Shown here piece after piece: positions 13,927 to 27,328 of a stretch of DNA of 64,000 nt. Each line of letters opens with the position of its first letter. Position 1 is the stretch's first letter. The position numbers and the translations under genes were made by a program. Source of the DNA: Camelus dromedarius (lineage: Eukaryota); contig NC_087437.1 of the NCBI RefSeq assembly GCF_036321535.1, forward strand, positions 104,472,001 through 104,536,000, in the 5' to 3' direction. The notes below the pieces were generated by a model. The model was not told where the DNA came from. It did no database searches and saw only the letters and a program-made list of their open reading frames with translations.

Positions 13927-14789
13927 GAGATTCAGTTTAGTCACTAACACTTCATCCGTAAACAGGTAAGTGGAAAATGGGGCACCATACTAATTAGCTG
14001 TTTTGCAATCACCATCTTAAATGGACATAGTACTTATTTGACTTCATTTTAAAGATGGACTTTTCACACAGTCATTAAATTATAATCTCCTATTCCAGAG
14101 AATTGCACAGTTTTGGAAAAAGAAGAAAGAGGAGTTTTCCTCTGCCCCATGCCATTTTGTTCTGTTCCATGACAAGGAGCTAGTAATGTGGGAATACAAT
14201 CCTTATCATGGCCCAAAGATAGAAAAATATTAAAAGAAATAAACAGGCAGGTGGATGTGGAATAAGAATGCAATGTGTAATGTATAATAATACTGTGTCA
14301 AAAATGTGTGTATATTGCTTTCAGTGTATGTGAAAGAGAAGATGGTAAGGAGAGTCCCCAGTGGATGAGACTTACACAAAATCCTGAATGATGGAAAGAG
14401 GATAAGTATGTCTGGATGGATGAAACAATTGAGAAACTAAAAGACTAACATAGCTAACACAGCCTAACACAGCTTAATAGCATAAATACATTCCTTGGAG
14501 GGGTTCTGTGCTCAGAATGCAAAGGCCTAACTGTGGACAGGAATAAAAGACAGTGACACTGTATTTCTCCTCTGCACCCAAATTAGAATGAGTTCAGTCT
14601 CAAACCCCCACCACACCTCATACCCAACTCTAGGCCAAACCCAAGGGATATTCCTAAATATACTATACCAAATTGAAGATAAAATAAGTGATCTACATTT
14701 TGCAGGGTGTGAACAGGGTGGTGGTCACCTCTAATCAAATGATATTAAGCCTGGCACTTGATTTCTCTTCTGTAATAACAGATCATAAA

Positions 14790-14895
14790 AGCAGCACTTC
14801 TCAAAATTTAATATGTATTGTAACCACCTAGAGAATTAAAACACAGATTCCTGAATTCCACCCAGGTCAGTAGGTCTAAATACGGCTCTACAATC
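14790..14895. mobile_element. MER5-like hAT DNA transposon relic
   Basis: 'gcagcacttctcaaaattt...accacctagagaattaaaacacagattcctgaattccaccc'. Confidence 0.6.
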
Positions 14896-15600
14896 AAACG
14901 ACCTTGTTTCAAATGAAAGCTCTACATGAAACCCATCAAATCATATTACGTGAAATACATCTTTGAATTATTCTACAGATTATTGAATATATTTTCTTTC
15001 TAAAAGAAGTGATGCTCTGCAGACTCTTTTAACTCTTAATACTATATCCTGTATATCTTTCCATATCAGGGCATTCATAATTACCCATTGCTTAAATATA
15101 GCTTAATTTAATTAATAAGACAGACCTAATTATTGGTGCATTGTATTATATGCAATGTATGCATATGTAGTTTTTGAGCGTATGTGAGAGAAAGAAAACA
15201 AGAGACAAAAGGACCTACAAAGAGGCAGGGGTAGAGAGTACAGGAAAAACAGAAACAGCACAAGGCTTGAAAAGGACTGGGGAGTGTAATTTGGGTGATT
15301 CAATAAAATTTTTATTCTTAACTAGTAACTTTGCACACGTTTGCTATTTTCAATTTTATTTTCATGGAACAACAGAAGCAACAAAATCCTAAAATCAGTT
15401 TGTGGTAACTGGCTGTCCTAAATATTATCATGGCATTAAAAAGAACCAAAAGCATTTCCACAGCTTTCCAAACAGATATCAGAATGTGTAATCTCCACTC
15501 ATGTCATTAACTTCTTTGGTAATCTGTAGACATAGAGAATTAACAATTCCACAGAATCTTTACTAATCTCGTTTCCTCTACCTTTTCTATAAGAATTGAA

Positions 15601-15777
15601 CAGTCTGTTGTCACTATCAGTGGGTTTCGAATCCTTGCATTAGAAACACATGGATACTGAAGGCTGAATGTATTCCTTGTCCTGGACCATTTTATGTAAA
15701 GGGCTCGCGCATTCCCAGGTTTTGATTGGGGGAGATGCTCCTGAAACTAATCCCCAGGGATACTGAGGGACGACTGT
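15601..15777 (-). mobile_element. MER2/Tigger-like MITE
   Basis: Ends 'ggatactgagggacgactgt', the reverse complement of the MER2 terminus cagtcgtccctc; degenerate TIR 'cagtctgtt' at the left end. Confidence 0.7.
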
Positions 15778-17671
15778 GTCGATCTTGAAAGACTGGAGTT
15801 TATTGACACATGAGCAAAACCCAAATTCCTTTCTATTCAGCCCTCATGCTTCTAGGGGTAACCCTTCTTTTTCCTTTTGCCCTTAGTGGTTTTATTTTTC
15901 TTGAAAAATTCAATGAAGTAGTGCCTGTTTAAAACTATCTTTAATTCATGATCTGTTTTAATCCTCTAAAATAAAATTTTAAATTTTAAATGATTACATG
16001 CATAATTATTTTTCCATATTCCATTCAGTATTTACAACTCCTGCAAAATCATTTCAGTGGTATTGTTAAGGTTGACAATATACAACTTCCACATCAATTA
16101 TTCAAAGTCTATTTTCAAATATTACACCACTTTATGTGCAGCATAAGGACATTGTAACTATTATCAATTGCTCGTTCTTATTATTTGTTCTATTTTTGCC
16201 TCATTTTATTCTTACATAAACTACAAAATGCAATACATTCCTATTATTTCTGTTATTGTAGTCACTTTTCTCAGCAGCAATGAAAAATAAGAAAATGTAA
16301 TTTTCTCTTATTTTATTTTATTGATTCCAAGGGTCTTTTTTTTTTTTTTACTTTATGTATAGATATTTTTATTTTATTTTTATATTTATTTTCTTTCAAT
16401 AGAATTTTTAAAGATTACTTTCCGTTTACAGTTATTACAAAATATTGGCTATATTCCCCATGCTGTATAATACAAGATCCAAAGCTTTTTATCTCTTTAT
16501 ATAGAATCCAGTTTCTATATGATTTTATCTTTCCTCTGCTTTAAGGACTTCTTTTACTACCTCGTATAGTACATCTGCTGGTTGTGAATTTCCTCAGTTT
16601 TTGTTTAAAGAAATTTTTGTGTTTTTTATTTTTTGAAAGATGTAATTTACTACACATAACTGATTTGAGTTGATAGATTTTTGTTATTTTTTTTTTGGTT
16701 TTTTGGTTTACCTCACAGCACTTCAAAGTTTTTCTTTCTGCTGCCTTCTAACTTGCATGAAATTTGACAACACATCTGCTCTAAATTTTTTTTCTGTCTT
16801 GCAGCTGCTTTTTATTGAGTTTTTTTCCCATTAGGTTGATTAAGATGTGCCTAGGTAATTTTTGCTGTTGTTTGTTGGTTTTGTTTTCCCTTTGTTTGCT
16901 TTATTTTGTTTGGTTTTTGTTTCTGTTTGTTTTGTTTTGTGTTTTCCCTATTTGGTGTTCTCTGAGCTTACTGAATATCCGGCTGAATGTCATTAATTAA
17001 AAAAAAAACTTTTTTCTTTAAATATTACATCTTCCTTGTTCTCTTCTCCCTATGAAATTCAAGTCATACATAAGTTAGAGCATTTGATAATGCCTGACAA
17101 TATCTGAATGCTCTTTTTTCTTCTTTTTCCTCGTGTTTTAGTTTGAATAATTTCTACTGTTTCATCTTCAAGTTATCTGATTATTTCCTCAGCTGTGATG
17201 GGTCTATTGGCGAAGACATCAGAGGCATTCTTCAGCTCTGTTACTGCATTTTCCTTCTATGGCATTTGTATTTGACTTTCTCTAACGGTTTCTTTTTCAT
17301 CCCCTCTTACGAACTTACTCCCATGATCTTATATTTTTGTCATCTTTTCCACTCGATTCCTTAACAAATCCATCATAGTTATTTAGAATTCCCTGGCAGA
17401 TAGTTACACACCTGCCATACCTGAGTTTGTTTCTAATGGTTGTTTTTGCTCTTAGTAATATTATTTTTTCTTGGCTTTTTGTGTGTTGGAATTTTTTCTG
17501 TTGAAAGTCAGACACGCTGTATAACACACTACAGGCTGAGACAGATAGTGGGTGTTAATGCTAAGCCTTTATTTTGGGAGTTTGAATTAAACTATTAGAC
17601 ATTGCACTGGGTTTAAAGTTTGTTTTTACTATGCTTCCCCTCATGGCACAAAACTTAAAACTATTCTATTT

Positions 17672-17872
17672 CAGTATTTCTCAACTCTGGCAGCACTCAC
17701 ATTTTTGATTAGGTAAATATTTTTATGGGGAGATTTCCTTTATGTTGTAAGATGTTTGGCAGCAGTGCTGGTTTCTAGATGTTAGATGCCAGTCATTACA
17801 AAAAAATTGTCCCTAGATATTACTAAACATCCCCTGGGATAGGGTAAAGTGACCTACAGTTGAGAATTATTG
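17672..17872. mobile_element. MER20 hAT DNA transposon
   Basis: 'cagtatttctcaactctggcagcact...tgtaagatgtttggcagc...ttagatgccagt...agttgagaattattg'. Confidence 0.8.
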
Positions 17873-18234
17873 TGCTTGTTATAACCTTGTCTTTAGGTAG
17901 AGTCTGGCTTTTCCAGAAGGTGTTTCCGATGTCTACACCACTCTCAGCGTTAGACTGTTTCTTTTATGCTGTGCCCTAGTGTTGATCTCTTTTTCACGCA
18001 CATCCCTTTTCCATCTCTTATCTCGAAATATTTTGCTGTTATATGTTATTTGCCCCAGTTAGTCCGTTAGTGAGGGGAGCAGTATAAAAGTGACTGCTTT
18101 GTTTAAATTTCCATGTTAGGCAGGCACCATGCTCCTGGGTCTTGCAGGGGTGGCTTTCTCAGCGTGGCAGCACCTCCACTGACGGAAGTGCAGAGCCCAG
18201 TATGTAGTCCTGCCCCTCCTCTGGGGCGTGGAGA

Positions 18235-18296
18235 GTGTGTATGTCCGTGCGCGCGCGCGTGCGTGTGTGTGTGTGTGTTTGTGTGTTTGTGTGTGT
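18235..18296. repeat. (TG)n/(CG)n alternating purine-pyrimidine microsatellite
   Basis: gtgcgcgcgcgcgtgcgtgtgtgtgtgtgtgt. Confidence 0.9.
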
Positions 18297-19640
18297 CAGT
18301 CCCGGACCCCTTTTCCCCAACTTAAATGCCTCTTCACCAGCGTCATAATTTAAACACTATTTGTTGGTCTCTCTCTGCAGACTGAGCTTTCTATTCCACA
18401 GAGTACTGGAAGAAAAGCATCTAATTATAGTTACTATGCTTCTCACGCAGGTGCTGCTCTTCCTCTTCCCTATGTTTGAACTATAAGTGAAATTTTCTTA
18501 GGGCACTTGTTAATCATTTTTTGTTAGCACATGGTGGAGTTTATTAAGAAAAAAAAAATCTGTAAGTTGATATAGAATCCTCTAACACCAGTATGCCATA
18601 AGGGTTGCATGTGATTTTTTTGTCAATACACGTGTATTTCCCATCCATTCATAAATACAATAAAATAAAATAAAATAGCCCTTATCGAATTATGTGAACT
18701 CTGTACTATTGTGTGTTCCCCATACAATCAAGTTATGTCTCAATTTGCATAGCAAGTACTTGTCTTCCTCTATATACTGAGTCTTCTTTCCCCTGCTGTA
18801 ACCTTACTTTGTCCAATAGGATCAAAAAAAGGCAAGCATGTGTAGCCTGTAGTACCTCTTTCCTTGTGTGGATAAGAACAACACTCTTGTAAGCTCTTTA
18901 CTCTCTGAGAAGAAATTGGAAGTCTGTCCAATGACTAATAAAAGAACTGATTTGCAATCTGATGCAAGTCAGTTGAATAACGGATGGTTATACCAGCAGC
19001 ATATTGAAATCAAATTTCCTGAATTTTTAAACTGTGTGATCTTGGGTAATTGACTTTATCCATCTATAGTTGATCCTATTCATCTGTAAAATAAAAAAAA
19101 AGTCACATGTATGTATAAAGAGTTTAAGAACTTCAGAAAAGTTCCTAATCTGGAATAGGTTCCCTATAAATAGTGACAGGCATTATTATCTACAATGGGG
19201 ATCTAACATTGGGAATCTAACGTTACTTAAGCTCTTCTACCCACTTTAGTCACCGATATTTTAAGAAATTAATTCATGCACATAAATAGCATTGTCATAT
19301 ATCGTTTCGTTCTTTTTTTCATTTGTATTTAAGTAACAAATAACTTTTGAAAAAAAAAAGAACATATTTCAAATATAATTTAAGAAGTGAGAGTTTACAT
19401 ATTTTACTAGTTACATGAAAGCTCTTGTAAAACTGAAAATATTTTTTATCTCGTACTTGAATAATTTAGCAATGTTTTAATAGAACTAGGGAAATCTTTT
19501 TCAAAAATTATGGTTTTTAAAAATTCATTTTGTTTTTATAAATGCCAAATGTATATCTTGTTTTCTTCTCTTATCTAATCTAGAAAGAAAAATACTTATA
19601 TTTTTAATTCTGTATTTCTTATTTTAATCTGTCTTTTCAC

Positions 19641-22600
19641 CTTCCTTCTTGGTAAATTCTAAGAATCTACTTAGACATCTTTAAAGCTACTTATAACAAA
19701 ACATTTTTGAAAACTGTTTCTGTTTTCACACAGTAATTCCTGGCCACCACTACACTAAGTAATTTTTCTTGATGGAAAAATTATCTCTTAAAGCAAAATA
19801 AAGCAAATTTTTGTATATATTTAGAACTCTTCATACTACTGAAGATTTTTACAAGTAATATGACTTTCTCATGCCCATATAAAACAATTTTTGGTACTTA
19901 ACTGAAAGAATTTAAGTGCTAGAATATATTCATATTTTCATCCATTTATTTGTTTGGTCACTAGCAGCTACTGTGTACACACTGTCAAATATATCTAGGT
20001 TGACTGCATGACATGAATTAAAAGAAATTGTCAGTTGCTAAGCTTATCTTTAATGTGCTACATTAAGTGCAGAAAGTTATATTATTTTTTCCTATTTTAT
20101 GCCTCTTTTTACACTAGTAAACCTTATTATTTGCTTTACTGCATAAGAATCAAAACTGTGAATTAAGGAAAGAATAAAACACATTAAAATATTAAGATGT
20201 CAAAATTTTTGTTATTATTTGCTTACAAGTAAAACCCAAGGTAACCCAAGATCTAAAGTAAAAACTGGCACTGGATTTTTATTATCATCCCCAACAATTC
20301 TGATAGTTTTAAATAACATCTTTGCTAAAGGTAGTACATTTAGCCTATAACCTTTAATGAATTACAATTTCCAATTAATGTTATCTAGTTCCACAGAGCT
20401 GGATACTATGGGGTTTTCACAATAACCGTATTTAACTTTGCAAGTAAATATAAAGTTGTAAACTATGCAGAGTAGTTACATTTGTAAGTTATATTACGAA
20501 ACAAGTAGAATTCAGACAAAATTTCAGGTACAGCAATTTTTTAAACTTAAAAAGAGAAACAGGTGGTACCTATTTTGCTTGTTTGATCCTTTAAATTCTC
20601 ATGTACATACAGATTTCAATTTAAAAAAGGGTAAAACATTACATAATAACAGTGTCTCTGTTTCAGTTAGTAAAAAATGCAATTCTCTACTTCTATTTTA
20701 ACTACTGAAAATCGTAATAACCACATTTTCAAGAGTCAAGGTATAATTTTCTCTGTTTCAAACATAATTTATTAGCCATCCGTTTTAGGCACCATTAATA
20801 GTTTGACATGGATAAGTGTCTAAAAGCATTTTGAGTTGCAGAAAGTAATACACTTACCCACCATTTACTTTATTATAGCTACAAGAGAACAGATTTCTTG
20901 TAATAATAACACATTGAAAAGAATGTTACAGTTTACATTGTGGAAAATAACATAGTATGGATTTAAATAAGAAAGTAACAGTATCTTTCTATTTCCATTG
21001 TTTCATAATTTCTCCAAGCTTATTGCACAGATATGTGAATGCTATTTTACAAAAAGTAATATTTTATTCTCACGTACATTTTTGCTGTGCTGGGGCCAAT
21101 AAGTAGAGGAAAATCATCTATTATATAATCATCATGAACAGTGTTTCCATTTTGCTCGAGGAGCAGTGGTAAAGCCCTCTGCTGCTCTTTAATCATCCAT
21201 AAAAATATTTACAAGTAAAATCTTTCCTCACCAAGCTTAGGGTCACTGGAGTGATTACACTCATGAATAAAATAAGTAAGAGCTAATGTGTAATTACTGA
21301 GTAGAAGACAATGAATGACTTTCTGTTCAAATGGTAATTAGTGAACTTTTGCTTAAATTTCAGTAAAATAAATTCTAGACCAATTATGGTTTACATATCC
21401 ATGGAATAGATCCATTATTACTTTTATTCTGAATAATTCAAAGAAAGAATACTTTGGTATTTGAATTGCTTTGCTTTTTAATGGATTTGTATATACTGAT
21501 TTGAAATTTCCATAATTTGTTCTTTTAATTTAAATAGAGCCTAACTATTCTCAGATATGCCTATCTGAGAAGTTATATATTGAAATAATAATGGCATGTA
21601 ATGTTATTTGTGAAAAATAAACGAGTTCTCTATTCATGAGCTTCCTGGATACTGAATTTGAAAGGATGAACAAAGATCCTTTTATATGTGACTGTGAAGC
21701 ATAATTTGTAAAATAGAAATAAAAGAAATAATGTGTCTAATTATCAACAATGTTTATGAGACATAATTTCAAATAAATTACTTTATCTAATTATCTAATT
21801 ATTATTATTGTAAAAGTCATAAATATGCAATAAAATAATATAATTAAAACACATTATTTGTGTAGTTTTTAAGAAAGAATATTAGTTTAATGAATGGATT
21901 CTCAAAGTCTTATTATTGCTGGAAGGCCTTACTATTTTGGCATTTATTAGTCACCTAAATAAGTCTTAATTTTTGCCTGGTTGTTGCTTTTTTTTTCCCC
22001 AAATGATTGATGTTTTCTTTTTTTTTTTTTCCAAATGATTGATGATTAAAGGTTTATTTCTCATTGAAGTAAGCAACTCAACTGTTTTCTGTTCTAGAGA
22101 ATTCTGGGAAAATTGATTTCTTACCACTACATTTTCTAATAGAGTAATTTTACCATAGTAGTTTCACTATAGCTCACTTAATCCTTTTCACTGTGGTATG
22201 ACTCAGGGGAAGGAGGATCACGCGACAGTGCTAGGATCTTGACAACTACACATGACTATTAACCTTTCAACATGGCTGAGTCATCATATGACCTCTCATA
22301 AACTGGACTAAATCTAGAGGAACAAGTTTTTTAGAGCAATGATGTGTTTTTTTCTTAATGTCCTTATACTTCTTTGTCTTAATAGATTCACAAGAGAATG
22401 AAGATTGATGCAGAAAGGGCAGGCTGCTTACTCTTTGATATTGTAGGTGTCAATGTATCTATTTTAACCTTATTTTACTACATTATTTTGCTCTTTTTCT
22501 TTGAAAAAATGTTGCTAATACCAAAACTGAAATATTTCCATCTCTATTAGCATAATCAAAAGATATGGAAGGATATGATGTGAAAATAAAATATAGGCAG

Positions 22601-22671
22601 AGCACATGACATAGCTCCTTCTCACATAAATTCAGTACCATGAAATTTTCTTCTGCATGATTATCTTTCAT
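19641..22671 (-). pseudogene. Ankyrin-repeat exon cluster: 22671-22432, 22313-22125, 21245-21078, 20878-20858 (21-nt micro-exon), 19901-19641
   Basis: All AG/GT-bounded with phase-2 junctions. Spliced peptide: ...FDYANRDGNISVLVLA.../IDTYNIKEFSPVY...SAMLKG**SCVVVKILALSRDP...TMVKLLY*KM*CDPKLGEERFYL*IFLWMIKEQQRALPLLLEQNGNTVH...IYNKVNGG*VPKIVLYGHEKVILLV. Fits the ankyrin consensus (G.TPLH.AA..G....V..LL..GAD). One frameshift is needed in the first exon. Confidence 0.75.
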
Positions 22672-23340
22672 CTAGTATTTATTTTACTAATTTTCCAACT
22701 CATGTCATCATACCTGATTTCAATATGGAGCCCTTAATTTTCAGTTTATACCTACAGGATTTATCCACATGAATACTTGACCAATGATTTAAATCAATAT
22801 TTTGACTTTTTGAATCATATATATTATACTCATTTTTATTTTCCCTCATATTAAGTGACAAACAGGTACAAAGATTAAGAGCTTGGATTGCAACTGAGAC
22901 TACATTGATCAGAATCTCAGTTTTTTCATTACATAATACTCTAGTTACACTTTAAAGCTCTACTTTTATTTCATACGTACAAAACAGTGTTGTCATAAAG
23001 ATCAAATACTATAACTCTCTTAATATGACTGTGGTAGGAGTCATCATGTATTAGGTATCTTACTGTAGAAAACAGAATTTAATTGTCATGGCCATTATTT
23101 ATAAATATTAGATTTGTGTAGTGTATATAAATTGTTCTTTTTACGTTTTTGTAACAACGACTTTTGTAACAACAAAAACAATGACAAAAATAAACCTCTT
23201 GGGTGACCCTCTTAAACCACGCTAAGGTTTGAAGACATTATAGGGACAACTCTTAAGAGCAAATTAGAAATCCACTTGTTAGAAATACTTTTTGTTTGTT
23301 CGTTTTGGATAAATGATGTTATTTTAGTTGTTGCAATTAC

Positions 23341-23900
23341 CACGGGAAGGGCTAAGCCACGGGGAAAAGGCGGGGCTGTGGATCCTCGCGGAGGCTCCTG
23401 GGAACACGAGCTCCTGGGGGCGCAGGCTCAGAACAGCCTCGAGGCGGCGCCTGGCTGCTCAGGCGGCTGCGGGCTGCGCGGTCTGGGAGCCCGGAGTTCG
23501 CTGGGAATTCCAGGTGTCTGCAGGATGAGCCCTCCAAAGGGCGGCTGGCCCAAGAAACCCATTCCTCAAGACTCAGAGGGGTTTCCCTCTGTCCCGGACC
23601 CCAGCCCCGAAGCCCCGGCGGGGCCTCGGTGGTGCCCTTGTGTCTGAGGTGCGGGCGGCGCTCACAGCCTGGAGACCGGCTCCAGCCCGGGCACCTGGGC
23701 AGGAGGGCAGGGCCCAGCTCCTTTTCGTGCCGCTGCGGCTGTCACGACAGAGAGGACCCCGGGTCGCGAGGTCACTACGCAAAAACGCCAGGTAACCACC
23801 TCCGGCAGTTGCGACGGAGGCTGACGGCGAGGACGTTTTCCGGGAGCCGATCTGAGCACAGGTAGGCCCTGCGCCCACGGATGCGTTCCAGGCCCGCCTG
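23341..23900. promoter_or_regulatory. CpG island / probable promoter
   Basis: Abrupt GC- and CpG-rich block of ~560 bp in AT-rich DNA. Splice-donor-like sites at both edges (+: CAG|GTAGGC at 23861; -: GTG|GTAATT at 23341). RFX X-box-like half sites GGTAAC (23791) and GTTGCG (23808). Confidence 0.85.
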
Positions 23901-25328
23901 TGTATGGTTTGTTTTTTGGTAAAATTTATTCCTGTAATTGTGTTTATTTGTTCTTAAATATTACTTACCTCTAGGATGGGAGTCATGTCTTTATCAGTTT
24001 AGGCACTTTTTAACCATTCCTACTTGGGGATATTTATTTTATCCTAATTGGTTGTTTACCTACTGCTCTCCGTGAGGATTAAACGAAATCACAAACGTAA
24101 ATCCATTACATACAAATTTATACATATTATGTATAGTATAAATACATCTTTCTATTTACATGTAATGATTTACGTATGTGTATATATGTACATACACAAA
24201 TATGTATATATAAATGCATTTAATGCGTTTTAACTATGACTAAAATTATAGTGTTACTTTTGATTTCAAAAAGTATCTAGTCGCAGAAAGTTGTCTGTCT
24301 ACAACGTAACCAGTATTGCATCCTCTCTTTGACACTGGGAACATATGTAAATTATTGCCAATTTTCTAAATAACATTAATCTGTCATTATTTTCAGCTCT
24401 CATTCAGCCATCGTTTCACTTATAAACTGTCAGATGTTTTGTTTTTCCTTTAGCTTAACTGTTAATGAGATCTGCAGATGAATATTAAGGCAGCAATTGT
24501 AGTAGGACTTTTGAGCTGCAGAGACAAGTTGGAAAGCAAATCCTGTCTTATTCAGTCTGTCTCAGAAAGTAAAAACAAAGAGTAATGCAAAATATGCTCT
24601 GAGTACCTGAGATGAAATGTCATCCTATTATTGTATCCTTAACTCTGTCTGTTCTTAGACATACTGAATACATATATATCAATCCAGTTTTTCACTGCTA
24701 GTCCTTTTATTCATGCATTTGTTCTGTTTTTTGGTATAAGACCATCTAAATCTATATATCTACATCTATAATTATGTGGAAGTTTTACCCTTTTTTCTTC
24801 TTTTATTTCCATTTTCTGATCACCAAAATAAACATGTTTGTGTAGGTAATTTGGAAAGGACATAAAAATGCAAAAGATTAGCACAAATACTGGATTTTAG
24901 ATGTTACAAATAATATATTAATTCCAACTAAGAGGCATGCCATATCAAAATGTGCTCTAAGTTTATTTAAGAATTAAGAAAACTAAGTATTAAAAGAGGG
25001 CATTTGAGTGATTTTGAGATTTAATTTCTACCTGGGGAATGTGTATTTCCAGGTTTAAATATAATTTTGAACTTGTAGTATAAATAGTACTAATAAAAGT
25101 AATAAAACTTTCCACCTGAATTCCTCAAAAGTAATAATTGTATTTTCTGAATGTTTGATTTTCAAGGCAGGTATTGGATAAGCTTTAGTTTTTGACCGTG
25201 CAATGACTGTAACATCCTTAGTTTCAATAAAGAATTAAGATGTTTAATTATCAACAAAATTATGGCAATCATATCAACTTTTTACCTATTATCACCAAGG
25301 CATCTGTACTCTGGGCACAATGCTCTTT

Positions 25329-26200
25329 TTTTTTTCTTTCTTTTTTTTAATTGAGTTATAATCATTTTGCAATGTTGTATCAAATTCATGCAGAACACAA
25401 TTTTTCAGTTATACATGAACATACATACATTCATTGTCATATTTTTTTTCACTGTGAGCTACCACAAGATCTTGTATATATTTCCCAAGATTCCGTATAA
25501 TCTTGTTTATCTATTCTACATATGCCTGTCAGTATCTACAAACTTTGAACTCCCAGTCTATCCCTTCCCACCCCCAGCCCCCTTGGCAACCACAACTTTG
25601 TATTCTTTGTCTGTCAGTCTGTTTCTGTTTTGTATTTATGTTCTTTTTTTTAGATTCCACATATGAGTGATCTCATATGGTATTTTTCTTTCTCTTTCTG
25701 GCTAACTTCACTTAGAATGACATTCTCCAGGAACATCCATGTTGCTGCAAATGGCATTATGTTGTAGGTTTTTATGGCTGAATAGTATTCCATTGTATAA
25801 ATATACCACATCTTCTTTATCCAGTCATCTGTGGGTGGATATTTAGGCTGTTTCCATGTCTTGGCTATTGTAAATAGTGCTGCTATGAACATTGGGGTGC
25901 AGGTGTCTTTTTGAAGTAGGATTCCTTGTGGATATATGCCCAGGAGTGGGATTCCTGGGTCATATGGTAAGTCTATTCCTAGTCTTTGAGGAATCTCCGT
26001 ACTGTTTTCCACAGTGGCTGCACCAAACTGCATTCCCACCAGCAGTGTAGGAGGGTTCCCTTTTCTCCACAGCCTCTCCAGCATTTGTCATTTGTGGACT
26101 TTTGAATGATGGCCATTCTGACTGGTGTGAGGTGATACCTCATTGTAGTTTTGATTTGCATTTCTCTGGTAATTAGTGATATTGAACATTTTTTCATGTA
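25329..26200 (-). mobile_element. Young 5'-truncated L1 (ORF2 C-terminus + 3' UTR + poly-A)
   Basis: ORF 25650-26084 gives DTCTPMFIAALFTIAKTWKQPKYP...WIKKMWYIYTMEYYSAIK (L1 ORF2 C-terminus). T-rich tail at 25326-25348. TSD GGCACAATGCTCTTT at 25314-25328 and 26201-26215. Confidence 0.97.
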
Positions 26201-27328
26201 GGCACAATGCTCTTTATCATCCTCAAGAGTCAACAATGTTTTAAAAAAAAAGATTTCCCTCAAATTAAGAATTAATTAAAATCTATAGTTTCATTTTTTT
26301 TAAAAGGTTATAGGATTATATTAGATATGTACAAGACCCTCTTTGTTTAAATATAAAATAGTGTTTCATTATATTGAGAGAATTCTCAAGTTTCAATCAT
26401 TAAAAGAGTTATGATAGCAAATTATATGTGAATAAGTAAGGAATTTGTGTGACATTTTGTAAGGTTGCTATAATTTGGTATGAAACAGAAAAACTACTTT
26501 GGTTTAGGTATCGTGGTCATAATTTTATTTTATTTAAAAAATTTAGTCATAATCTTACATTTAAAAGTTAATAAAATGTGAGTTAGAGATATTCTATAAA
26601 TTTTCTAAGTTAATACAGCTGATTAGGGAAAAAAGAATCAGAATTCACATCTCCTGTATTTTTTTTTCTCTAATTTGTTTGTTTATTTTACTTTCCAACT
26701 TCTCTCTAAAGCATTCATCTTTATATGTTCACTGGAGCAGTGATGTTGGATAAAGATAATTCTCAGTTACCTACAGCTTTAGTCCAGAGACTATCAAGAT
26801 AAAATTAGAAACAATTACTGAAAATTAGTAGATGTTTATTCCACATACGTTTGCTATCATAGACACTTTGGCTTTGTATGTCATTCGTTAGGAATGTCAT
26901 TTTTCCCAGAAGCACATTACATTTTTTTGGCTTTCTGTTAATGACCAGCATGTGTTATTTAGCAGGAAATTGCTCTGATTTATTTTTCCCAGAAAGTAAA
27001 TAAAAATCCATATAAATGTACAATATTGGTGTGATTGGCTTATAAAGTCTCAAAAGGAGTCCATATTGGGTGTTGCAATTATTTCCAGAAAAAAAAAATC
27101 GAAATTAGCGTCAGCATTTTTGTGGGCCAAGACAATTAAGTTCTGTTCAATTCTGTCCTTGCCGCAGTGTGTGATTAAAGCTAGATTTACTTTCTTTTAG
27201 CTGGTCACATTTCTGAGTCAATGAAGTCTTTCGAATGAATAATACATCAACTTAAATTAGTTACAATTAAAAAAAATCATCTCAAGGATGTAAACTAAAT
27301 ATCACCCTAAACAGATTCACAATCTTAC

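Larger units (their letters stand above)
16000..18860 (-). mobile_element. Old L1 (ORF1/5' region) with nested younger elements
   Basis: T-rich antisense L1 ORF1 sequence. Nested short L1 3' end at ~16340-16475 ('gttattacaaaatattggctatattcccc') and MER20 at ~17672-17872. Confidence 0.7.

Noticed and set aside
23276..23878. Several overlapping 61-123 aa ORFs in the CpG island
   Set aside because: Expected from stop-codon scarcity in GC-rich DNA; the peptides are low-complexity G/A/R/P-rich with no domain.
19641..23900. Idea that this is a known head-to-head pair such as TSPAN19/LRRIQ1
   Set aside because: Peptides do not resemble a tetraspanin, and no + strand coding exons were found after the CpG island.
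25650..26084. 144-aa ORF as a host gene
   Set aside because: It is the L1 ORF2 C-terminus inside a TSD-flanked truncated L1.
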